This document shows, piece by piece, positions 9,990 to 20,819 of a stretch of DNA of 64,000 nucleotides. The stretch's first letter is position 1. Every line of letters starts with the position of its first letter. The notes beneath the pieces are model-generated. The model was not told where the DNA came from. It did no database searches and was given only the letters and a program-made list of their open reading frames with translations. The position numbers and the translations under genes were made by a program. Source of the DNA: Bacillota bacterium (GTDB taxonomy: Bacteria > Bacillota > Clostridia > TANB77 > CAG-465); assembly GCA_023460235.1 (NCBI GenBank), contig JAEWRE010000039.1, forward strand, positions 116,820 through 180,819. Direction: 5' to 3'.

Positions 9990-11924
9990 TTAGTGATTAT
10001 CTGTAGAGCCAAATAGTTCATCAAATTTCTTTTCCAACTCTTTTTGTAAATCAAAACTTTCTTTTTCTTCTGGAATTTGTCTTTTAGATAATTCTTCATT
10101 TTTTATTTCTTCTTTTACTTTTTCTTCTTCTAATTTTGCTTTTGCCATGCTCATCCTTTTATCTAAATGTCCCACGACATCCATTGTCTTTACTTCCATT
10201 TCGTCTGGCTTTGGCATTTGAGTTATATCTCTTATTTCTGTCTGTTTAGCTATATCTCTTTGTGGATGGTATTTAAAATACCAAGCTTTTTTTGCTCTTA
10301 TTGGTCTAAGACCTCTAACTAATACTATTTCATCATCTGAAGGAAGTCTTTTCAATTCATCTATTGTCATTAAATCTCTTCCCTGACGTTGTTCACTAAA
10401 TGAAACACCTTGTTTTTCACGTTCACTTTTATCTTTACTTACAGATCTACTTTGATATTTAATAGTCTTTTGACCTAAACTTTTTGAAAAGTATTCACAA
10501 GTCTTTATTGATTGACTTCCAAGAAATAGATGAGTATCACAGTTACCAATTATATTTTCATATGTATCTTTATATAAAGATTCTATTTGGTCTAAACTTT
10601 GTACTACTATTGACATACTTATCCCTAAACTTCTAGTTGTACTAAGTTTTTTATGGAAATCTGGTATTTGTCCTATGTTTGCAAATTCGTCCATTAAGAA
10701 ATATACTTGATTTCTAAGAGTTCCACCATTTCTATCAGCTTGTGAATACATTATTTGTATCATTTGGCTAAAGAATATAGTTAATATATAGTCATAAGTA
10801 CTCCTATCTGCAGGTGTTATAACAAAAAGTGCAGTTTTTTGATTAGATATTTCTTCAAAGTCTATATTATTAGATGTAGTTACTTTTTGCATCGCAGGGG
10901 TATCAAAATCAGATAATTTTGATACAAGAGATATTGCTATGCTTTGTTTAGTTTTATCAGCGCCAACTCTTATTCCTTCATACTCTTTTCTACCAGGATG
11001 TTCAGGTTTAAGTTCATCAATAAAAAGTCTATCAAAGATCTTTTCATCTGCTCCACCTTGTCTAACTATATTTAAACAGCTAGATAAATTTTGTTCTTCT
11101 TCTGGGAGTACTGATATAACATAATAAATACATGCTTTAAGTAACATTTTTGCAGTATTATCCCAAAATGGATCTTGTGACTGAGTATCAGCTTTACCGC
11201 CCTTTATAATTGTATCTGCGATTATATCAACATCTGCATGATCTCTTATATGTGCAAGTGGATTGTATCTATCGCTATATTCTGAATTAACCAAATTTAG
11301 AGTTCTGATTTTATATCCACTATTCTTTAAAAATATAGAAGTCTCTCTATACAATTCACCTTTAGGATCTGTTATTACGTAAGATCCAAGTCTTTGTAAT
11401 ATATTAGGTTTAATGTAACAAGCTGATTTACCAGCACCTGATCCACCAACTACTAATATATTCTTATTTACTTTTACTTTCTTTAAATCAGTTCCTAAAT
11501 AATGTGTTTTACTAAGTATAAATCCTTCTTTTTTATTTAATATTTGGCTTCCATCTGGTAATCTATCGAATTCTTCACCATTTTTACTCCAGTCACTTGA
11601 ACCATGTTCCTGATCCTGATACTCATATGCTTTAGCAAATTTAATTTTCCAAAAAATGTATAACACTAAAAATGCTATTAAAGTATAAAATGATGCAGTC
11701 ATAAAACCAATAAAATCAACAAAAATAGCAGTAAAAAATTTAAAGCTAGTCAAATTAGGCATAAAATTCTCTACTATCTTTGTTATTCTATCTACTGAAT
11801 TAACATCAGCAGGTAGACTTTTTATTGATATAATTAAAGTTCCTACGATAATTATATCAAATATTAAATATGCTATTAAAAAGGGCATTAATTCCCTTTT
11901 TAATTTATTCATCTTAGATCTCAT
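9990..11924 (-). CDS. TraG/TraD/VirD4-family type IV coupling protein-like ATPase (orphan)
   Basis: 644 aa. N-terminal TM helices, Walker A VVGGSGAGKS followed by ITDPKGEL. Walker B FLMDEFANIG, then the TraG-like block QSLDQIESLY...IIGNCDTHLFLGSQSIKTCEYFSKSLGQKT. Confidence 0.6.
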   Translation of the reverse strand: MRSKMNKLKRELMPFLIAYLIFDIIIVGTLIISIKSLPADVNSVDRITKIVENFMPNLTSFKFFTAIFVDFIGFMTASFYTLIAFLVLYIFWKIKFAKAYEYQDQEHGSSDWSKNGEEFDRLPDGSQILNKKEGFILSKTHYLGTDLKKVKVNKNILVVGGSGAGKSACYIKPNILQRLGSYVITDPKGELYRETSIFLKNSGYKIRTLNLVNSEYSDRYNPLAHIRDHADVDIIADTIIKGGKADTQSQDPFWDNTAKMLLKACIYYVISVLPEEEQNLSSCLNIVRQGGADEKIFDRLFIDELKPEHPGRKEYEGIRVGADKTKQSIAISLVSKLSDFDTPAMQKVTTSNNIDFEEISNQKTALFVITPADRSTYDYILTIFFSQMIQIMYSQADRNGGTLRNQVYFLMDEFANIGQIPDFHKKLSTTRSLGISMSIVVQSLDQIESLYKDTYENIIGNCDTHLFLGSQSIKTCEYFSKSLGQKTIKYQSRSVSKDKSEREKQGVSFSEQRQGRDLMTIDELKRLPSDDEIVLVRGLRPIRAKKAWYFKYHPQRDIAKQTEIRDITQMPKPDEMEVKTMDVVGHLDKRMSMAKAKLEEEKVKEEIKNEELSKRQIPEEKESFDLQKELEKKFDELFGSTDNH

Positions 11925-11963
11925 ATATTTCCCTCTTTATTTATTCTTCCTCTTTATAAATAA

Positions 11964-12221
11964 TTATATTATAGGTTCATCTTCCCCCGGATATTTTTTT
12001 TCATCTTTTTCTATATCAGATTCTTGATTTCCTTTAAGCCTATTTTCTAAGTCTAATTTATTATTTTCTTTGAATTTTTCTATTTTATCTTTATCTACAA
12101 GTATACTTCTCTCAAGGTTTAAAGGTTTATCTAATTTTGCTATTATTTCAAAATCTTTTCCTTTAAAAACAGCAGCACTCACTTTTACCGTTATTTTTCT
12201 CTTTTTATTATCTATTTCCAT
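11964..12221 (-). CDS. Small charged protein, unknown function
   Basis: 85 aa, Lys/Glu-rich. Only ORF evidence. Confidence 0.3.
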   Translation of the reverse strand: MEIDNKKRKITVKVSAAVFKGKDFEIIAKLDKPLNLERSILVDKDKIEKFKENNKLDLENRLKGNQESDIEKDEKKYPGEDEPII

Positions 12222-12303
12222 TATTAAATCCCTCCATAGTAGTATAAATTAATATATCTAAACTACATATTACTACTAATTGTGTATTTTTATCAACCTA
12301 TTC

Positions 12304-12822
12304 TTATTCAAACTTTAATTCAAGTACAATGTATGGTCTATTTGGTAATAGTTTACATTTACCTTTTATATCACCAGTAGATTCATCTGTATATAATACT
12401 GGTCTAACTTCTTCACAACTTTGTGTATCAATTATTGAAAAATGTCTTTTCATACTAGGTGTATACTCAACTTCTTTGTATTCAATTCCTTCTTGGTTAT
12501 ATATTGTTCCATAATTTAATGGAATGTTTGACTCAGTTGCTGTAAATCCATTTTCATCAAGTTCTCCTGTGCTTATTATTGCTTTTGAACTTGTAAGAGT
12601 GAGCAAAATAACTAGTTGTTTTTCGTCACTAGTTTTTATTATATTGAAAGTTTTCTTGATTTTTCCACCTTCTTCAGTGTCAATACTTTCAATTTTTTGT
12701 AATGTAAGTAAAGCTTTTCCACTTCTGTAATCATCTTCATTTTTTTCAACAACAAATGCAATAGTATTCATACCAGGCATATCTACCAATTCAAACTTAT
12801 TCATTTGTAACAAAGGTTCCAT
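12304..12822 (-). CDS. Hypothetical cytoplasmic protein
   Basis: 172 aa, no recognisable motif. Confidence 0.4.
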   Translation of the reverse strand: MEPLLQMNKFELVDMPGMNTIAFVVEKNEDDYRSGKALLTLQKIESIDTEEGGKIKKTFNIIKTSDEKQLVILLTLTSSKAIISTGELDENGFTATESNIPLNYGTIYNQEGIEYKEVEYTPSMKRHFSIIDTQSCEEVRPVLYTDESTGDIKGKCKLLPNRPYIVLELKFE

Positions 12823-12931
12823 ATTTTTTACCTCTTTTCTTAGGATTATATTGCTCCTATTCTAGTATATTTTTATTATACAATAATATATTTTCTTATG
12901 CAATACTTTAAAATGTTTTTTTATTGGTTTT

Positions 12932-14713
12932 TTAGCTTGCACCAGCTCCAGATGGCGCTTGATTATTTACATTAGCTGTTCCTATTCTAACAACACGTTG
13001 TTGAGGGTTATATGTATCCCTTGATAACATAGCTGAACTCACAACAACTCCATTTAATTTTTTAGTTATATATCCTTCTGAAACATATCCATTAACGCCC
13101 TTAACATCGACAATTTCTGTCCCACTTGCAAGATTACTATCGTATACATATTTTGTGCTATATGCTATTGTTGAAATGTATTTATGTGTTAATTCTATTT
13201 CATATTCTGTTTCTTCTTTTGTTCCATAGATACTAATATTTAGACTTCCTGAATTACTATATGAAGCAATAATCTTTACTGGATATTTTCTATTATTTTT
13301 AAATTTAAAATCAAGGACTGGCGAATAAACTGTAGCATCCAAACTTGGTTGTACATAACCTACTGGAAGTCCATGCTGATGTCTTTCTACAATTCCCAAA
13401 TTAGCTTTTAGTGCTGCGTCATAAAGAGTTGAAGTAGTTTGGCATATACCACCACCAAGTTCCATTACAACAGTACCGGCTTTAAATGTTGCTGCTTCTA
13501 AATATCCTTTTGAAGCAGTAGTATCACCAATTGTAGCATTGTATGAAAAAGTTTCTCCAGGCATTACAATTTTACCATTTAAATAGCTAAGTGCTAACGA
13601 AAGATTATTTGCCCTTGCTTTTTGAGATGCATCAAAATATGTTGTTACACCAGATAATTTATCATTATATAAGTTTTTTGTTATATCAGATAATTTTACT
13701 TTTGGTTCTAATACTGTAAGGTCAAATGAAATTGATTTGCCTTCAGTTTGATTTTCTTGTTCACTAAGAATCTGTTTTAGTTTTGTTATATCAACATCAA
13801 AACCTTTCTTCTCAGATACGTATCTATTTGGTGTTACGCTCTCATCCACATAAGCATTCTCAGGGTCTCTTTTAATATTACTATATATGTCATCAACATT
13901 TAATTCTTTAGGTTCTTTTTTTATAATATTAAGTTGATATATATTTTTTGAATCAATAAAATTTTTAACAATATCATCTTGTGTTGTGTTATAATCTATT
14001 GAATTTCCTGAAGTACCATTTACAATTATTAATCTATTATTTTCTTCATCTATACTATAACTATCATCAACAAATCGACTTTCTACACTTAAATCAATGT
14101 TTTTAACTATATCCTCAAGTTTTTGCTGATTATAACTATATTCTATATTTAGACTTTTGCTACTAAATAATACCTTTAGAATTTGTGCGTTATCAACAAG
14201 TATATTACCTGTTCTTCCAAATTCCATGATAGCTTTTGTTGTTTTTTCAACATCGATTCCAAACTCTATGTCTTCAGGTTTAACTTCAAATATCTTTTGA
14301 GTCCCTTGATATAATTCAACTTTTTCTATACCTGTAGCTTGTTTATTCTTTTCATTTAAAAATTCTACTACCTGTTCAGAAGTTTTACCAGATAGATTTT
14401 CACCTAAAATATATACATTTTTATACACATTAGTGTTAAATCTATTGATACCAGCTATCATTGCAAATGTTAAAACTATACATATAATAACACCTACAAT
14501 ACTAATTAATACAATAATTCTAGTTTTTGAACTATCTTTATACTCTACTATTTCTTCACCATTACTATTTTTTGTTCTAAATAATTTTCTTCTTTTTTTA
14601 GAGTTATTTATATCATCTTCATTTAAATATTCATTTTTTACATATTCTTCAAGATTGCCTTCATTAATATTTACTTCTTTTTCTTGATCTTTATCTGAGC
14701 CGTTTTCAGACAT
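12932..14713 (-). CDS. VanW-family protein with N-terminal TM anchor
   Basis: 593 aa. C-terminal VanW-like block (GGGICQTTSTLYDAALKANLGIVERHQHGLPVGYV). Confidence 0.55.
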   Translation of the reverse strand: MSENGSDKDQEKEVNINEGNLEEYVKNEYLNEDDINNSKKRRKLFRTKNSNGEEIVEYKDSSKTRIIVLISIVGVIICIVLTFAMIAGINRFNTNVYKNVYILGENLSGKTSEQVVEFLNEKNKQATGIEKVELYQGTQKIFEVKPEDIEFGIDVEKTTKAIMEFGRTGNILVDNAQILKVLFSSKSLNIEYSYNQQKLEDIVKNIDLSVESRFVDDSYSIDEENNRLIIVNGTSGNSIDYNTTQDDIVKNFIDSKNIYQLNIIKKEPKELNVDDIYSNIKRDPENAYVDESVTPNRYVSEKKGFDVDITKLKQILSEQENQTEGKSISFDLTVLEPKVKLSDITKNLYNDKLSGVTTYFDASQKARANNLSLALSYLNGKIVMPGETFSYNATIGDTTASKGYLEAATFKAGTVVMELGGGICQTTSTLYDAALKANLGIVERHQHGLPVGYVQPSLDATVYSPVLDFKFKNNRKYPVKIIASYSNSGSLNISIYGTKEETEYEIELTHKYISTIAYSTKYVYDSNLASGTEIVDVKGVNGYVSEGYITKKLNGVVVSSAMLSRDTYNPQQRVVRIGTANVNNQAPSGAGAS

Positions 14714-14737
14714 AAATACCTCCTTTCCAACTAACTA

Positions 14738-15520
14738 TTAATTATTTTCTAATTTTTCCTCAGCTAAGTTTACTATTTCATCATTTTTACTATTTTCTTT
14801 TTTTCTTATAAGTACAAGCGGCGTAAGAGTCTTTACTTGACCTGCAGGATTATCTTTTATCATTGCCTTTAGCTCTTCATCACTATATGGAATACTATCT
14901 GCTTTTCCAAGAATTTCAACGTTAAAATCATTTGCATCTACTATCATACATTTAATTCCAGTTTTTTCAAACATTTCATTACATACTCCTGTAGAATTTT
15001 CTGGTATTCTTATACCAAAATCAGCATAGTCAGAAAAAACATCTCCATAAAAACCATCAAGGCCACTTATTTCAGGTCCAACAATTTTATAAAAAATACC
15101 TTTTTTACCAAATAATTTTCCAAATCCACCTGCTACTGCTGCAAAAATAACTTTTGCTCTGCCACAAAGCATTATTGCAAACTGCATTTTGTATGGATTA
15201 TCTACCCCAACACCAGCATCACTTCTCATTGCAAATTTAGAAAGAAATTTAGCCAATTTACTTACTCTTACATCTTTCTTATATATTACTCTTTTTTGAC
15301 AAAGTCCTATTATTTTTTCACTTATAGAAATAATATCTCCTTCTTCGTAGATATCACCTGCATATTTTTTTATTATATCAATATAATCTTCACCTATTTG
15401 AACGTAGTGCGTTTCAATAGCATGTCTCAAATATGTTTGACCATTTACATTAATTTCAATATTTTTTTTAGGATTAGCTCTAAATTCCATAAAATTACCT
15501 CTTTTCTCAAATCTTGTCAC
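14738..15520 (-). CDS. Putative CofE-like gamma-glutamyl ligase family protein
   Basis: 260 aa. Weak recollection of the CofE/F420-0:glutamate ligase-like fold in Firmicutes. Assignment tentative. Confidence 0.3.
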   Translation of the reverse strand: MTRFEKRGNFMEFRANPKKNIEINVNGQTYLRHAIETHYVQIGEDYIDIIKKYAGDIYEEGDIISISEKIIGLCQKRVIYKKDVRVSKLAKFLSKFAMRSDAGVGVDNPYKMQFAIMLCGRAKVIFAAVAGGFGKLFGKKGIFYKIVGPEISGLDGFYGDVFSDYADFGIRIPENSTGVCNEMFEKTGIKCMIVDANDFNVEILGKADSIPYSDEELKAMIKDNPAGQVKTLTPLVLIRKKENSKNDEIVNLAEEKLENN

Positions 15521-15760
15521 AAATCAAGTATAATACAAAACAAAATAAATGTCAATGAAATTTATTAAACATTGCACAACAAATTTGTATATAAAGCTTA
15601 TTAAATTCAATGTTGTTTAACAAACTAAATATTAAATATCTAGTTTATAAAATATAGTAACCGTATTCATTTTTTAAAATGTCCAATATTAATGAAATTA
15701 CTTTTTTCTTTATATTTATCTTTATATTCAATAATATTCATTTGTTTCTCCCTATTATAT

Positions 15761-15790
15761 ATATATTAAAAGGTAGACCTTTCGGTCTAC
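15761..15790 (-). terminator. Terminator hairpin at the 3' end of rnpB (AGGTAGACC-GAAA-GGTCTACCT)
   Basis: Perfect 9-bp stem directly after the RNase P RNA 3' helix. Confidence 0.6.
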
Positions 15791-15794
15791 CTGA

Positions 15795-16120
15795 GCATCC
15801 TATAAGCCGGATTCTGTTTTAAATAGTCATTTATCTAGAATATGCATTACTACATATTTCGAGCCACCAACCACGAAAGACGACGGGCAGTCTTAACCTT
15901 TCTTTTTTGGTGTTGCACCAAGTGGGGTTTACACAACACCTATGTCACCATAGATGTTTGTGAGCCTTTACCTCACATTTTCACCCTTACCAGTTTACAC
16001 TGGCGGTAATTTTCTGTTGCACTTTCCTTAGGATCACTCCCACTAGACGTTATCTAGCACTATTGCCCTATGGTGTCCGGACTTTCCTCTTGTAAATACA
16101 AGCGACTATTTCGAATACTC
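15795..16120 (-). ncRNA. rnpB: RNase P RNA (bacterial type B)
   Basis: The minus strand contains GGAAAGUCCGGACACCAUAGGGCA (P4 region), ...AGGGUGAAA...GGUAA..., and P1 pairing AAAUAGUC/GACUAUUU. A ~330-nt GC-rich island without an ORF. Confidence 0.8.
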
Positions 16121-16197
16121 TTAGTAATTATATCATAAATTAAGACAAAAATAAATAGATATAATCAGCATTTTGACTATATCTATTTATTTTTTAA

Positions 16198-18648
16198 TTA
16201 TTCTTCAATTTCTTCATCTTCTTGTGGTATTTTTGCTATATTTATTACTTTTCCACCATCAGAAGTTCTCATTAATGTAACACCTTGTGTATTTCTACCA
16301 AGAACACTAATATCTTTAACATTTAATCTTATTACTACACCTGTATCAGTTATTAACATTACATCATCTGTATCGTTAACAATTTTAATACCAATAATAT
16401 GACCTGTCTTAGAAGTAGTCTTGTATGTAAGTACACCCTTACCTGCTCTTGATTGTTGTCTATACTCTTCTGCTTCTGTTCTTTTACCAAAACCATTTTC
16501 AGTTATTGCAAGTATATAATCTTTTTCATTCGCTATCGGTTCCATACCAATAACCTTATCATCTTTTGCTAAGGCAATTCCTTTAACACCCATTGAGGTT
16601 CTTCCAACAGGTCTAACTTCTTCTTCAGCAAATCTTATAGATAGACCATTAGTTGTAACTAAAACAACACTTGTATCTCCATTAGTAAGTCTAACGTCAA
16701 TTAATTCATCATCATCTTTTAATGTTATACCTTGTATTCCAGATTTACGTATATTACTATATTCTTCTAATTTAGTTTTCTTTACAAGACCATTTTTTGT
16801 AGCCATTAAAACATATAATGGTTCATTATAATCATGAACTGGTATAACAGCTGCAATCTTTTCGCCTTGTGAAAGTTGAAGTAGATTTACAATAGCAGTT
16901 CCCTTTGCAGTTCTACTAGCTTCTGGTAACTCATATGCTTTAAGTCTAAATGCCCTACCTGAATTTGTAAAGAACATTATATAATCATGTGTTGACGTTA
17001 TAAATAGATGTTCAACAAAATCTTCTTCTCTAGTGTTCATTGCAGTTAAGCCTTTTCCACCACGCTTTTGGCTTCTATATACATCTGCTGCAATTCTTTT
17101 TATATATCCAAAATGAGTAAGAGTAACAACATTTGTTTCTTCTTTTATTAAACTCTCTAGATCAATTTCACCATCACCATGAGTTATCATAGTTCTTCTT
17201 TCATCACCATAAGTATTTTTTATTTCTGTTAATTCTTCTTTTATTATATTTTTTACAAGTTGTTCAGAGTCAAGAATTTCTTTTAAACTAACTATTAACT
17301 TTAATAAGTTGTTATATTCTTCTTCAATTTTTTCTCTTTGAAGTCCTTGAAGAGTTCTAAGTCTCATTTCAAGTATAGCATTTGCTTGAATTTCTGATAA
17401 TCCGAATTTAACCATAAGTCTAGTTTGTGCATCATCATATGATTCACGAATTATTCTTATAATTTCATCTATATTATCAATCGCTATTCTTAATCCCTCT
17501 AAAATATGAAGTCTTGCTTCAGCTTTTTTTAGATCAAATCTAGTTCTTCTAACTATTACATCTTCTCTATGTTTTATATATTCACCAAGTATTTCTCTTA
17601 AAGTTAAAACCTTAGGTTGTCCATTAACAAGTGCAAGCATTAACATGCTTTGAGTTGTTTGTAATTGAGTATGCTTATATAGTAAATTTAATACTACATT
17701 TGGATTTGCATCCCTTTTTAGCTCTATAGCAATTCTTAGTCCTTGTCTATCTGATTCATCTCTTAAGTCAGATATTCCTTCTATTGTTTTTAATTGAACT
17801 AATCTAGCAATATTTTCAACTAAAGCCGCCTTATTAACTTGATATGGTATTTCTGTTACTATTATTTTATATCTTCCTCTATTGTCTTCTTCAATTTCTG
17901 CTTTTGCTCTTACGCAAACTTTACCTCTACCAGTTGTGTAAGCATCCTTTATTCCTTCTTTACCGATTATAATTCCAGCAGTTGGAAAATCAGGTCCTTT
18001 TACATATGCTATTAATTCTTCATTTGTAATTTCAGGATTATCAATTTGAGCAATAACACCATTAATTACTTCAGTCAGATTATGAGGTGGTATATTACAA
18101 GCCATACCAACAGCTATACCATAAGATCCATTAATTAATAAGTTTGGTAGTTTAGCTGGTAAAACTGATGGTTCCTTTAATCTATCATCATAGTTAGGAA
18201 CATAATCAACTGTTTCTTTATCTATATCAGATAACATTTCAAGTGAAATTTTGTGCAATTTTGCTTCAGTATACCTCATTGCAGCTGGTGGATCATTATC
18301 AATTGATCCAAAATTTCCATGCCCATTTACTAGTGGGTATCTAAGTGAAAAATCTTGTGATAGACGCACTAGGGCATCATATATTGCAGCATCACCATGT
18401 GGGTGATAATTACCCATAACATCTCCAACTATACTTGCAGATTTTCTGAATGGTTTTTCTGGCCAAAGTGATAATTCACTCATTACATATAAAATTCTTC
18501 TATGTACTGGTTTTAATCCATCTCTTACGTCAGGAAGAGCACGTGAGGCTATAACGCTCATTGCATAATCAATATATGATCTTTTCATTTCTTCTTCTAT
18601 GTTTACAGGTACAATGTTTTGAGCACCTAAAATATCATCTTCGTTCAT
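16198..18648 (-). CDS. gyrA: DNA gyrase subunit A (GyrA/ParC family type IIA topoisomerase, with GyrA-box)
   Basis: 816 aa. Active-site region and a QRRGGKG-like GyrA box (SQKRGGKG), C-terminal beta-pinwheel repeats and an acidic tail. No adjacent gyrB. Confidence 0.75.
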   Translation of the reverse strand: MNEDDILGAQNIVPVNIEEEMKRSYIDYAMSVIASRALPDVRDGLKPVHRRILYVMSELSLWPEKPFRKSASIVGDVMGNYHPHGDAAIYDALVRLSQDFSLRYPLVNGHGNFGSIDNDPPAAMRYTEAKLHKISLEMLSDIDKETVDYVPNYDDRLKEPSVLPAKLPNLLINGSYGIAVGMACNIPPHNLTEVINGVIAQIDNPEITNEELIAYVKGPDFPTAGIIIGKEGIKDAYTTGRGKVCVRAKAEIEEDNRGRYKIIVTEIPYQVNKAALVENIARLVQLKTIEGISDLRDESDRQGLRIAIELKRDANPNVVLNLLYKHTQLQTTQSMLMLALVNGQPKVLTLREILGEYIKHREDVIVRRTRFDLKKAEARLHILEGLRIAIDNIDEIIRIIRESYDDAQTRLMVKFGLSEIQANAILEMRLRTLQGLQREKIEEEYNNLLKLIVSLKEILDSEQLVKNIIKEELTEIKNTYGDERRTMITHGDGEIDLESLIKEETNVVTLTHFGYIKRIAADVYRSQKRGGKGLTAMNTREEDFVEHLFITSTHDYIMFFTNSGRAFRLKAYELPEASRTAKGTAIVNLLQLSQGEKIAAVIPVHDYNEPLYVLMATKNGLVKKTKLEEYSNIRKSGIQGITLKDDDELIDVRLTNGDTSVVLVTTNGLSIRFAEEEVRPVGRTSMGVKGIALAKDDKVIGMEPIANEKDYILAITENGFGKRTEAEEYRQQSRAGKGVLTYKTTSKTGHIIGIKIVNDTDDVMLITDTGVVIRLNVKDISVLGRNTQGVTLMRTSDGGKVINIAKIPQEDEEIEE

Positions 18649-18780
18649 TTCATACCTCCATTTATTGATACTCCCCTATTATACAAGAAAAAAAATAAAA
18701 AAGCAAGCTAAAATTATTGAAAATTAGATAATTTATGATATAATGTAAATTATCAATAGGGGTATAATAAGGAGCAATAT

Positions 18781-19710
18781 ATGAAATATAAAAATTACTA
18801 TGACATACTAGGTGTAAATAGAAGAAGTAGTAAGCAAGAAATAAAACTAAATTATAGAAAACTAGCAAAAATGTATCATCCTGACACAAACAAAAGTGAA
18901 GAATCAGAATCAATGTTTAAGGATGTTACCGAAGCTTATGATACATTAATGAATGATGAAAAAAGAAAAAAATATGATAGACAAGTATCAAAATATGGAT
19001 ATGGTATTGCACAAAACGATTCAAGTCTATCACAAGTTAGGTATGAACTAAAATCCGGGGTTACGGTTATAAATGATTTATTAAATACTATTTTAGGTCT
19101 AAAAAAAGATGATGCTCAAAATTTTGGGGATATTGACAATGGCCCTAAAGAAGATAAAAAGCCAAAACAAAAGCCAGAAAAAGGTACAGATATTATTACA
19201 AATATAGAAGTTACACTAGATGAGGGTCTATTAGGAGTTGAAAAGAAAATTGCAATAAAATCATCACTTTCTGGAATGCGTACTTATTCTGTAAATATTC
19301 CAATAGGTATTAAAAATGGTGATAAAATAAGACTAGCAGCACTTGGAAATCCAGGTAAAAATGGCGGGAAAAATGGTGACTTAATTATTCATGTAAAATT
19401 GCTTGAACATGAAGTCTTTAAATTAGACGGTGTTAACCTAATTAAAAATATATATATTTCACCAGCTCTTGCTGCTCTTGGTGGGAAATATAAAATCAAA
19501 TTATTAAATGAAGTTGCGTTTGTATCATTGCCTAAACACTTAACAAATTCTGAAATTGTTACTGTTGAGAAAAAAGGTTATGTTGCAGAAGATGGTAAAC
19601 GCGGAGATTTACTGTTAAAAATATATATTGATATGCCAAAAGACATATCAGAACGTGAAGAAAAATTATATGAACAATTATTAAAACTTGAAACAAAAAA
19701 AGGAAAATAA
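18781..19710 (+). CDS. DnaJ-domain protein, CbpA-like (J domain plus DnaJ C-terminal domains, no zinc finger)
   Basis: 309 aa. J domain with HPD motif (YYDILGV...YRKLAKMYHPDTN). Confidence 0.7.
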   Translation: MKYKNYYDILGVNRRSSKQEIKLNYRKLAKMYHPDTNKSEESESMFKDVTEAYDTLMNDEKRKKYDRQVSKYGYGIAQNDSSLSQVRYELKSGVTVINDLLNTILGLKKDDAQNFGDIDNGPKEDKKPKQKPEKGTDIITNIEVTLDEGLLGVEKKIAIKSSLSGMRTYSVNIPIGIKNGDKIRLAALGNPGKNGGKNGDLIIHVKLLEHEVFKLDGVNLIKNIYISPALAALGGKYKIKLLNEVAFVSLPKHLTNSEIVTVEKKGYVAEDGKRGDLLLKIYIDMPKDISEREEKLYEQLLKLETKKGK

Positions 19711-19726
19711 AAATATTGTAATAAAT

Positions 19727-19772
19727 AAAAGGGTAATAGCAATTTTTCATTGCTATTACCCTTTTATTTATT
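19727..19772. terminator. Bidirectional terminator between convergent genes
   Basis: AAAGGGTAATAGCAA...TTGCTATTACCCTTT hairpin flanked by T/A runs. Confidence 0.6.
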
Positions 19773-19776
19773 ATGT

Positions 19777-20802
19777 TTATATTCCGCTGCTAGGTATTCT
19801 TTTTCTTTTTATTCTAATATCATCACCTATAAATTTGCAAGCAATAAATCCTCCAAGTATTCTCGATACAACTCTTTCATCGTAAACACTATATAATTCT
19901 TGTAAATTTAAGTTTGTTGATATAATAATTTTTCTATTTTCCAACAATCTTGTATTTATTATATTAAATAACTCTGTAAATTTATTGTTGCTCATAGTCT
20001 CTGTTCCAAGATCATCAATAATTAATAAATCTACATCAAATAATCTTTGATAATTATCTTTATTAGAACTCTTTTTATCAAAATTGAATTTATATTCCAT
20101 GATAGAATCCATTAATAGTGGTGCTGTTTGATATATAACAGTTTTACCTGCTTTTATTAACTCATTTGCAATACAATTTGCAATAAAAGTTTTACCAAGT
20201 CCAGTATTTCCTACAAATAGTAAATTTTTCTGTTCATTATCATCTATCTTTTCAATAAAAATTTCCGATATTTTCTTTATATTTTCTATATTTTGCAATG
20301 GTGATTTAGTCATTCCATACTTTTCTTTATCAGTTTTTGAAGAGTAATAGCATGTGTCAAAAGTTCCAAAATTTTCTTCTTTAAGCCTTAACATATTATA
20401 TTGTTTATATGATTCGTTAATAACTCTTTGTGTAAAGCAATTACAGTATTTCTCCATTCCATTTTCAATAATTTTGCCAGTATCTTTACAAATTTTGCAT
20501 TCATATTGAGGTTCAAAAAAATCTTTTGAAATACCAAGCTTATTTAAAATATTTTCTATTTTCTTTTCTATTTCAGAAAGTTTCTTATTCATATTTTCTT
20601 CTTCTACTTGCCTTGTTATTGTATCACTCAATAATATATTTCTGGTGATTTTTAATGCAATTATATTTTTTTCTTCTTCTAGTTTTTGTAAATCACTATT
20701 TTCTTCATATATTTTTTTCTTCCTAAATGTAACAATAGATTCAGCCTGTTTTCTTTTAATTTCATATTCTCTTTCAAGTTGATTATATATATAATTGCTC
20801 AT
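19777..20802 (-). CDS. dnaI: DnaI/DnaC-like helicase loader (AAA+ with N-terminal zinc-binding module)
   Basis: 341 aa. CKICKDTGK...CNCF zinc ribbon. Walker A GNTGLGKTF, Walker B LLIIDDLG. Confidence 0.7.
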   Translation of the reverse strand: MSNYIYNQLEREYEIKRKQAESIVTFRKKKIYEENSDLQKLEEEKNIIALKITRNILLSDTITRQVEEENMNKKLSEIEKKIENILNKLGISKDFFEPQYECKICKDTGKIIENGMEKYCNCFTQRVINESYKQYNMLRLKEENFGTFDTCYYSSKTDKEKYGMTKSPLQNIENIKKISEIFIEKIDDNEQKNLLFVGNTGLGKTFIANCIANELIKAGKTVIYQTAPLLMDSIMEYKFNFDKKSSNKDNYQRLFDVDLLIIDDLGTETMSNNKFTELFNIINTRLLENRKIIISTNLNLQELYSVYDERVVSRILGGFIACKFIGDDIRIKRKRIPSSGI

Positions 20803-20819
20803 AAAACACCTCTTTTCTT

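Noticed and set aside
16198-18648. Calling the topoisomerase subunit ParC
   Set aside because: A GyrA-box-like SQKRGGKG motif is present, which ParC proteins lack. Kept as gyrA with a caveat about the missing gyrB.
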